From Lawsonibacter sp. (lineage in GTDB: Bacteria > Bacillota > Clostridia > Oscillospirales > Oscillospiraceae): DNA of 35,970 bases. Below are positions 29,837 through 35,970 of this stretch, piece after piece (the stretch's first letter is position 1; every line of letters begins with the position of its first letter). Location: NCBI GenBank assembly GCA_022793355.1, contig JAAWCR010000111.1, forward strand, positions 1 to 35,970, read 5' to 3'. The notes below the pieces were generated by a model. It was given only the letters and a program-made list of their open reading frames with translations. It ran no database searches and had not been told where the DNA came from. The translations under genes and the position numbers were made by a program.

Positions 29837-29948
29837 TGACATAATGCGCTAATCTGAGTGCCATCGTTCCTCCCCTCTGCTTTCGCAGTAATTTGGAACT
29901 AAGTATAGCACGCTTTTCCCGTCAGGTCAACAAAACATGAAGTTACCG
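29826..29948. repeat. Direct repeat copy 1 (~123 bp) containing a sigma-A promoter facing xer
   Basis: Aligns by hand to 35708-35829 at 93/123 identity. Minus-strand TTGACC (29925-29930)-N17-TATACT (29902-29907). Confidence 0.85.
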
Positions 29949-30797
29949 TTACCGACTTCGACACCGTTTTACCTTCCGAATTAGTTTCCGCCAAAACCTC
30001 ACCAGGATGAATGGCCGCCGTGGAGCTGCCAGGACGGCTAGTTCCCGCTGGCGGACCCGCAGCACCGAGATCATATCCAGCACCAGGGCTTTTTTCAGCT
30101 CTTGGTCATCCTCGGCGGCGACGCCGTTCCCCGGGGCCCCACCGCTTGCGCGGTTCCCCCCGGCACAGACATCGCCGCCTGCGGTGACCATATCTGAAAA
30201 CAGCTTGTAGCTATCATAGACCTCAGCGTAACGTTTCCGGTACGGGAAAACTGTCTGCCCCAGCTTCAGGCGATTCCCACCGTACCAGTATTGAATGGCA
30301 ATAAACCAAGTACGCCCCAATGTGAGTAAGGACAGCATGCCACCTCCAAAGCCGTAATTGTTCAGCTTGCGGTGTTTTATCTCCTCCTCCACCAGTGATC
30401 TAATCTGCCGGTCCAGCATCCGGTCGGACTGCGTGATTAAGATCACGTTGAAGCCCAGCTTGCGGTGCTGGGCAAAGAAAGTTACCCAGGCGTTGCGGTC
30501 CTTCCGTCCGAAGTCCCGGCAGTTAAAGATGATCTGGCACTCGTCTATCACCACCAGCGTCTGGCCTTCTTTTCCGATCTTATGCCGGTCCAGTGCATAG
30601 GCCACCAGACGCTCCGCCGTCAGCTCCGAGTTGTCCCAATACTCCACATGGGCTTTCAGCTTCTTTCCGACAAAACCTTCATTGACCGGGAAATTGCAGA
30701 TCAGTCCCCTATCCCGCTTCATCCACCGGACGATATCTTTTGCCGCATGAAAACTCTTACCGCTGCCGGGAGTACCGGTATACAGTTGGATACTCAT
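29949..30797 (-). CDS. Zot/pI-like morphogenesis ATPase
   Basis: IQLYTGTPGSGKSFHA (Walker A), LVVIDECQ (Walker B) and QHRKLGFNVILITQ..LDRQIR. Confidence 0.92.
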   Translation of the reverse strand: MSIQLYTGTPGSGKSFHAAKDIVRWMKRDRGLICNFPVNEGFVGKKLKAHVEYWDNSELTAERLVAYALDRHKIGKEGQTLVVIDECQIIFNCRDFGRKDRNAWVTFFAQHRKLGFNVILITQSDRMLDRQIRSLVEEEIKHRKLNNYGFGGGMLSLLTLGRTWFIAIQYWYGGNRLKLGQTVFPYRKRYAEVYDSYKLFSDMVTAGGDVCAGGNRASGGAPGNGVAAEDDQELKKALVLDMISVLRVRQRELAVLAAPRRPFILVRFWRKLIRKVKRCRSR

Positions 30798-31036
30798 TCT
30801 ATCACCTTCACCCAGCGGAACACGATCTGGTACACATAATAGACCGCCACGCAGGACAGCCAAGTTTCCAGGATACCCACAAAGGTGTTGATAGGGATAA
30901 ACCAGTTCACCATTTGCAGCCACTCGTAAAACTCCGAGCTGGCCATGTCGTCCAGGATCACGAAGGGACTGGTGGGAAACAGCTCCACCACGCCTACCGC
31001 GAAGGACACCAGGGCGTCAGACAGCACGTCCCACAT
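30794..31036 (-). CDS. pVI-like minor virion protein
   Basis: Hydrophobic 80 aa with FPTSPF..VNWFIP..RWVKVIE; ATGA-coupled to Zot. Confidence 0.75.
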   Translation of the reverse strand: MWDVLSDALVSFAVGVVELFPTSPFVILDDMASSEFYEWLQMVNWFIPINTFVGILETWLSCVAVYYVYQIVFRWVKVIE

Positions 31037-31054
31037 GTAAAGCCCCTCCCCTGT

Positions 31055-32386
31055 TCACGCCGTCCATATCAGGCGTTTGGTGGCCCCGACCAGCATCAGG
31101 CAGAAGCCTATGGTGCTTGTCCACCGGCTGATCTGGCCGATGATTGCGTACTCAGCAAAATCCAACACAATGGTTGTATCACCCTGCCACTCCCCTACTC
31201 TGTGTTCTATCGGCTGCATAAAGTCCACCTTGAACCGTGGAGCTTTCGCCGGTGCGGCCAGGAGCTGTACAGCCCTGAAAAAGTCCCAGGGGATGGAGAA
31301 AGGGAAACGGCTTATCAGCGCCTGTCCCAGAGCGGGTAAGCCCAGGTTGTCTACATCGGTTATCTCCCCCGCTGGCGGGTCTACCACAGCCTCTCCCGCA
31401 ACTTCCATGGTTGACGTCAGCTCACCGGCCAGCACATCCTCCAGCACCCCTTGAAGAACCAGGTCAAGGTCCATCGTCGCCGCTGCGCCTACGTCCAGCG
31501 CTATCCCCTGTTCTGCTGCTATGCCATCTGGAATATAGGACATGGAAGGAGCACGGTCAATGGAAAGGGATTCATCAGATGAGACTACAGCACCAAAATT
31601 AAAGTCACGCAGAGAAACAGCAGAACAATACTTGAAAACCCCATTAGAATCCCAAAACAGAAAAAGAGTATCATCATAAAAAGAAAAGCAAAAATTAGTG
31701 GCCCCCCAAAATTTATTACCGGTAATTTTAGTGCCCTGAGGATTAAAAAAAGCAACCCAATAGGAAGAATCACCTGCTGGGTCATTAGCAAAATAATAAC
31801 CACTAGAGAAAACGATTGGAGAATCAATAGGAAAATGAAAAATTGTTCCTAGAGAAACAACAGTAGAATTATTGCCATTATAATTCATTGAAGAAAGGTA
31901 CAATTTGCTACCATCTTTCAATGTAATATAATCATCAGCATCATAATAAACTCGATTCTCCCCCGCCTGCGCCGCATACTTCCCCACAACCCACTGTGCA
32001 AAGGAAACAAATTCCTCGGTAAGGGACCGCCCCAGGAGGAGCTTTCCCGCCATAACTGTGAGGTCCCAAACGCCGCCCAGCCAGTCCTGGATGGAGATAC
32101 CGCCAAGTTCCGTGTCAAGGAATTCCTGAAGCAGCCGCTGCACAGAGCTGACCAGGGCATCCTTGTCCATCCCCTTTGTGATAAACGGCAGGCCGCAGGC
32201 TCCCAGGTAAGCCGCCGCCACCGAGGCCACAGCGGTCATGGACAGCTCCGCCACCAGGGCCTCCGCCCTTTGCTGGGGGAGCATCAAGCCCAGCACCAGC
32301 GAGAAGCACACCAGCCAGCAGCCCAGCCGCATGAGCAGCTTGTCCCGCCGGGCGGCGAGGAACCGTATTACCAGATTCATTTCCAT
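31055..32386 (-). CDS. pIII-like attachment/minor coat protein
   Basis: Signal peptide (..RAEA), C-terminal RFPFSIPWD motif and TM anchor; lies between the coat gene and pVI. Confidence 0.78.
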   Translation of the reverse strand: MEMNLVIRFLAARRDKLLMRLGCWLVCFSLVLGLMLPQQRAEALVAELSMTAVASVAAAYLGACGLPFITKGMDKDALVSSVQRLLQEFLDTELGGISIQDWLGGVWDLTVMAGKLLLGRSLTEEFVSFAQWVVGKYAAQAGENRVYYDADDYITLKDGSKLYLSSMNYNGNNSTVVSLGTIFHFPIDSPIVFSSGYYFANDPAGDSSYWVAFFNPQGTKITGNKFWGATNFCFSFYDDTLFLFWDSNGVFKYCSAVSLRDFNFGAVVSSDESLSIDRAPSMSYIPDGIAAEQGIALDVGAAATMDLDLVLQGVLEDVLAGELTSTMEVAGEAVVDPPAGEITDVDNLGLPALGQALISRFPFSIPWDFFRAVQLLAAPAKAPRFKVDFMQPIEHRVGEWQGDTTIVLDFAEYAIIGQISRWTSTIGFCLMLVGATKRLIWTA

Positions 32387-32400
32387 ACCTCCCTATGAAG

Positions 32401-32424
32401 TGAGCCCCGGAGAACCGGGGCTCA
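32401..32424 (-). terminator. Hairpin after the major coat gene
   Basis: TGAGCCCCGG-AGAA-CCGGGGCTCA between the coat gene and pIII, as in Ff phages. Confidence 0.65.
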
Positions 32425-32435
32425 TTTGCGCTGTG

Positions 32436-32717
32436 TTACTGACCCATGGATTTAAACCAGCTCATAGCCTTCCGGGACAGCCAGATCACGCCGGCCACAC
32501 CGACGGCAATGGGCACGATCACGGCAATCATGCTCATGGCGTCTGACGCCATGCTCTGGAAACCGCTCTGGAACGCCGAGATCACCGTGGCGGACGTGCC
32601 AGAAGCACCAGACGACGCACCCTCAGCCGCAAAAGCGGAGATGCACATAACCGACAAGATCATAGACACTCCCAACAGCACAGCCAGCCGTTTCTTGATA
32701 GACTTCATCCTTTTCAC
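32436..32717 (-). CDS. Major coat protein (pVIII-like)
   Basis: Signal peptide ending SAFA|AEG, amphipathic segment, one TM (IAVIVPIAVGVAGVIWL) and basic C-terminus SRKAMSWFKSMGQ. Confidence 0.85.
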   Translation of the reverse strand: MKRMKSIKKRLAVLLGVSMILSVMCISAFAAEGASSGASGTSATVISAFQSGFQSMASDAMSMIAVIVPIAVGVAGVIWLSRKAMSWFKSMGQ

Positions 32718-32878
32718 CTCCCCATGATTTTAATCAATGCCTTAAAGCAGCCGACCAAAAGACCAGCCGCCAGGACAACGAAACAGGCGGATGTCATGCC
32801 TATCACCAGGACCTCGGGCACGGCATCCAGAATATCCAGGCTGATTGTGTACAGCTCTGCTACTTCCAAAAACTCCAT
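32714..32878 (-). CDS. Small TM protein (pVII/pIX-like)
   Basis: 54 aa with an acidic N-terminus, a single TM and basic end; overlaps the coat gene start. Confidence 0.65.
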   Translation of the reverse strand: MEFLEVAELYTISLDILDAVPEVLVIGMTSACFVVLAAGLLVGCFKALIKIMGR

Positions 32879-32879
32879 A

Positions 32880-33107
32880 CTACACCTGCCATATCCGGGA
32901 GAACATAAAACCAATTGCGCAGCCTAACACTACGCCAATGAGTAGCACAACAGCCAGAAACACTAGGCTGACGTCAGCATGAAGCTGTTCTAATCCGCAG
33001 TTGGCTTTGTCCAAGGACTGCTGCATAACTTCCAAGGCCTCCAACACCGGTGTCAGGTCTGTTGGTGATACCAGGGTTTCATAGATCACGCTGCCGCTCT
33101 CCTCCAT
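32880..33107 (-). CDS. Small TM protein (pVII/pIX-like)
   Basis: AAGGAGG RBS; 75 aa with a coiled segment and C-terminal TM. Confidence 0.65.
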   Translation of the reverse strand: MEESGSVIYETLVSPTDLTPVLEALEVMQQSLDKANCGLEQLHADVSLVFLAVVLLIGVVLGCAIGFMFSRIWQV

Positions 33108-33975
33108 GGGCCTCTCCTCCTTCCAGCCACCCACTGATGGTTGTTTGCTCTATCTCTGCATTGGACAACAGTACCGGGATGTCCTCCGGATACTCCAACG
33201 GGGGCAGCTCACCGTCTACCGGGATGTATTCCATCCAAAAGGACCAATCTACATCCCGTACCCAGCCGGTGGAACAGAATGTGCCATCATGCTCCAAATA
33301 GGCATCCAGGCTTGCATAGGATTGATACACATATCCCATGGGCATGGCACGGGCCAGGCCGATGGAGCAGCGGTACATATGTACCCCATAGTCCGAAACA
33401 CACCGGGCCAGGTCCTTCGACACATACTTGGTGATATACCCCGCTGCAAGCTCCGGGTCCTTGATATAGGCCAGGGAGCAGAAACCGAATTTTTTCTGAT
33501 ACTCCGGCCAATTCAGATAACCTTTGGCTACCAGGTCTTGGGGTTCCAGGCCAGGGATGAACAGGCGCAGCCGGTCTTGCGGGATACCCTTGACAAAGCC
33601 GTGGATATGCCACGCTCCATCCTCATGGAGCTCCGGGACAAACAGGTATTGGAGGTTGCAACCGTATTTCTTCCGGTAATCCCGCAGCCATTGGGTGAAG
33701 GACTTATAAAATTCCTTCAGGTGGTAACGATTATATTTAGCTGGGTCTATGGTGCCAGTAAAGAAAAAGTCCCAATCATTGCAGAAAGCCACCTGGAAGA
33801 TCACCGACCGGGCCCGGCAGATCGCCTGGGAAAGTTTTTCCTCCGGAGTGCCCTCCCCTTCCTCACGTTTGGGTGGCAGATGGGGAAACAGCGCCCGCTT
33901 GAACCGGATAAGCTCATACACGCCATCCCTGTAAAACTTGACCGAATATCTTGGAGCCAGTACGCCAGACATCAT
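33079..33975 (-). CDS. HUH rolling-circle replication initiator
   Basis: Motif I FFTGT, motif II ELHEDGAWHIHG, motif III YITKYVSK. Confidence 0.9.
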   Translation of the reverse strand: MMSGVLAPRYSVKFYRDGVYELIRFKRALFPHLPPKREEGEGTPEEKLSQAICRARSVIFQVAFCNDWDFFFTGTIDPAKYNRYHLKEFYKSFTQWLRDYRKKYGCNLQYLFVPELHEDGAWHIHGFVKGIPQDRLRLFIPGLEPQDLVAKGYLNWPEYQKKFGFCSLAYIKDPELAAGYITKYVSKDLARCVSDYGVHMYRCSIGLARAMPMGYVYQSYASLDAYLEHDGTFCSTGWVRDVDWSFWMEYIPVDGELPPLEYPEDIPVLLSNAEIEQTTISGWLEGGEAHGGERQRDL

Positions 33976-34159
33976 TTTTTATGCCCCTTCCCGACTTACG
34001 TTACCTTGTCAAGTGCCCTCGTCGGTAACCCCTGCGGCTACCGAAAAAGGCACTAAACTCTGCGTGGGGAAAGGGACGTCTCCCGACGTGCCTGTACTTT
34101 GTAACACAACGGAGGCGGCGGAGCGGAGCTGATCAACGACGCTGCCATGCTAAGCTGTG

Positions 34160-34468
34160 TTACGGTTTCTTCCGCTGGAACATGTACTTGGGGACCTCTA
34201 CCCCCTGCTCCCGGCACAGGTCGATCAGGAGGTTGTTCAGATAAGACTCATCTGCAAAGAGATTTTCGGCTTTTATACGGATTGCCTTCTCCGCCTCCAG
34301 CTCGCTTTCCAGCAGCCGGACACGGTTTTTTAGGACCTGAACCTCCACCGTATCGCAGACGCTGACCGAGAGCTCCAACCGCCCCTCCCCTACCCTCTCC
34401 AACACTTTGGACAGAGCCGGGACCAGGGACGTAAACTCAGACCGGGACAATGTCTGCGACACGTCCAT
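34160..34468 (-). CDS. Phage hypothetical coiled-coil protein
   Basis: ORF between SSB and Rep; heptad pattern LKNRVRLLESELEAEK. The start is uncertain. Confidence 0.55.
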   Translation of the reverse strand: MDVSQTLSRSEFTSLVPALSKVLERVGEGRLELSVSVCDTVEVQVLKNRVRLLESELEAEKAIRIKAENLFADESYLNNLLIDLCREQGVEVPKYMFQRKKP

Positions 34469-34673
34469 ACTTGTTGTACCGAATCTCGCACTGGTTGCCA
34501 ATCTCAGGCATAAAGGTCAAATTCATAAACCGGTTGGAGCTTATGAAAACGCGATCTGTTGCCTCGCCGTCAACCTCTGGGTCCTCATACGTGAAGTACA
34601 GATTCATTCCATTGACCTGCGCACCATCGGAGCCCTTGAAATCTACGTTCTTTGTTCCTACAAGTGTGTACAT
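34437..34673 (-). CDS. pV-like single-stranded DNA-binding protein
   Basis: AAAGGAG RBS; 78-aa beta-rich MYTLVGTKNVDFKGSDG..NG..LY..YNKYGRV; size and position match. Confidence 0.65.
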   Translation of the reverse strand: MYTLVGTKNVDFKGSDGAQVNGMNLYFTYEDPEVDGEATDRVFISSNRFMNLTFMPEIGNQCEIRYNKYGRVADIVPV

Positions 34674-34692
34674 GAATACCGCTCCTTTCTTT

Positions 34693-34899
34693 TTATTTAT
34701 CTTCACCCTCAAAGGGATTAGACACCGAAACATCAGGAAGAATTTTGTCCATAAGGTGAAAGATAAACTTTCCTCTAGACCAACAAGCTTAACGGGCCAG
34801 TTCATCTAACCGTTCCCGCATCTCCACCGGACAGTTAAAAGACACCGAGCACCATTTAGGAGAAGATTCACATTCATCTACTTTCAGAACAAACGGCAT
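34693..34899 (-). pseudogene. Ribbon-helix-helix regulator with an in-frame TAA
   Basis: GGGAGG RBS; MPFVLKVDECESSPKWCSVSFNCPVEMRERLDELAR*ACWSRGKFIFHLMDKILPDVSVSNPFEGEDK; stop at 34789-34791. Confidence 0.6.
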
Positions 34900-34985
34900 C
34901 TATATACCCTCCCTTTAAATTCGGGGGAGAGGCAAGGAAGATATAAGCAGCCCCTCCCCCATGCCCTAGTGCCAACCCGGGCAGC

Positions 34986-35062
34986 AACAGACCTATAAGT
35001 CTGTTACTTAATCAAAACTATAACAGACTTATAGGTCCGCTGTCAAGAGGGACTTATAAGTC
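34986..35062. promoter_or_regulatory. Phage switch: three palindromic operators and a leftward sigma-A promoter
   Basis: GACCTATAAGTC (34990-35001), GACTTATAGGTC (35026-35037), GACTTATAAGTC (35051-35062); minus-strand TTGACA (35041-35046)-N18-TATAGT (35017-35022). Confidence 0.8.
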
Positions 35063-35094
35063 CTATGGTAAATTTATTCTGAGGTGACTTTACA

Positions 35095-35313
35095 ATGAAC
35101 ATTGGTGATAGGCTAAAAGACACGAGGATCGACCACGATCATGAACAGAAAGACACCGCAGAAATATTACAAATATCGGAAAAGCAAGTTATGCGCTACG
35201 AGAAGGACCGCCAAGAAATGGGCATAAGAAAACTAAGAGATTTTTGTCTTTACTACCAAGTTTCCGCCGACTACATTCTAGGCCTCCCCCGTGGCCTGGA
35301 CTGGCCACGGTGA
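35095..35313 (+). CDS. XRE-family HTH prophage repressor
   Basis: RLKDTRID...Q..AEILQIS..QVMRYE...L.DFCLYYQVSADYILG; divergent from the phage operon. Confidence 0.88.
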   Translation: MNIGDRLKDTRIDHDHEQKDTAEILQISEKQVMRYEKDRQEMGIRKLRDFCLYYQVSADYILGLPRGLDWPR

Positions 35314-35599
35314 ACCATCGCCAGCGGGCGGGACGGTGGATTCTGTTTTGAAGGGTGCCCCCTGGCCAGCTGGGCCCGACTGCAAACCCGGACCCTCGCT
35401 CTGATGGGCGACCGGCTGCGGGTATCGGGGGCTGTCTTGATGCGACCCGGACCTATGGGTCCTCTCGCATATTACCTCTGCCCCTTGCTTGCGCCGAAAC
35501 CAACCCGCAAGGGGACTTGCAAAAAGATACCTTCAGTAAGCCAGATCGGCCCAGGCCTACCAGGTAATCGCGCAAGACAACTGTCATTTCCATGCAAAA

Positions 35600-35718
35600 C
35601 GGGGAGCGATCACCGCTCCCCGCTTCTCTTTCAAAAGTTATAGAAAAGGCATCGTGTGCGCCAGCACACGCAACAAAACCTAAAAATATTGGTACAATAT
35701 TTTTAGGTTTTGTTGACC
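35600..35718. repeat. Three consecutive hairpins ending in the candidate attR
   Basis: CGGGGAGCG/CGCTCCCCG (35600-35622), CGTGTGC/GCACACG (35653-35670) and a perfect 21-bp inverted repeat 35671-35691/35695-35715 that overlaps the arm TTTTGTTGACC (35708-35718). Confidence 0.8.
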
Positions 35719-35829
35719 TAGTAGCGTACACTATTCTGCGGAAAGCCTGTCCTCCTTCCTGCTTTCGCAGTAGTTTTGAACCAGTATAGCACGGTTTCCC
35801 CGGCAGGTCAACAAAACATGATTTTACCG
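35708..35829. repeat. Direct repeat copy 2 (probable original host xer promoter)
   Basis: Minus-strand TTGACC (35806-35811)-N17-TATACT (35783-35788); homologous to 29826-29948. Confidence 0.85.
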
Positions 35830-35970
35830 CACGGAAATCAATTTTGCAAAATTGGATTCAAAGAGATAAAATAGGAAATATGAGAAAGAACATAGTAGAA
35901 TATTTTGATGAAGTAGAAACAAGGCGGGAATACAAGGGATATTTTTGTAGTATTCCAGAAGCAATCAGCA
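35830..35970 (+). mobile_element. Left end of a probable ISAs1-family IS with partial transposase (ATG 35880)
   Basis: MRKNIVEYFDEVETRREYKGYFCSIPEAIS.. resembles the N-terminus of clostridial ISAs1-type transposases; candidate terminal repeat CACGGAAATCAATTTTGC at 35830; AT-rich; truncated by the window end. Confidence 0.55.

Larger units (their letters stand above)
29826..35707 (-). mobile_element. Integrated filamentous (inovirus-like) prophage, ~5.9 kb
   Basis: Co-oriented RHH-SSB-orf-Rep-small TM genes-coat-pIII-pVI-Zot/pI module, divergent XRE repressor, hairpin-rich intergenic region and dif-like ends. Confidence 0.9.

Noticed and set aside
29834-29861. ACCTGACATAA-TGCGCT-AATCTGAGTGC as a canonical XerCD dif
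   Set aside because: Only a partial XerD-arm match, not conserved in copy 2; the adjacent palindromic site explains both ends better.
29949-30797. Zonula occludens toxin as a virulence factor
   Set aside because: Only the phage assembly ATPase domain is evident; context indicates morphogenesis.

Overview
GC-rich clostridial (Oscillospiraceae-like, spore-forming Bacillota) chromosomal segment; taxonomy is inferred from gene content only. Most of the window (1.0-28.7 kb) is ordinary housekeeping and sporulation DNA: cotJ, cwlD-like amidase, radA, tcdA, asd-dapA-dapB, SpoIID/LytB protein, queA-tgt-yajC, the SCIFF ranthipeptide locus scfA-scfB, spoIIM-xerD-murD, yunB, ligA. Both ends carry mobile DNA. 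Left end: the 3' end of a large serine recombinase whose element appears to be inserted in the 3' end of cotJC (a possible skin-like intervening element). Right end: a ~5.9-kb filamentous (inovirus-like) prophage with Zot/pI ATPase, pVI, pIII, an M13-like coat protein, HUH Rep, SSB, an RHH gene with a nonsense codon and an XRE repressor, but no integrase. It sits directly upstream of a chromosomal Xer-family recombinase gene, between a palindromic 11-6-11 dif-like site (29809-29836) and a 21-bp-arm hairpin containing the same arm (35671-35718). A ~123-bp, ~76%-identical copy of the xer promoter flanks each side. My best model is an Xer-hijacking inovirus that integrates between the recombinase gene and its promoter and supplies a replacement promoter. 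An ISAs1-like element probably begins at ~35830. All family assignments come from motif recognition by eye; no searches were run.
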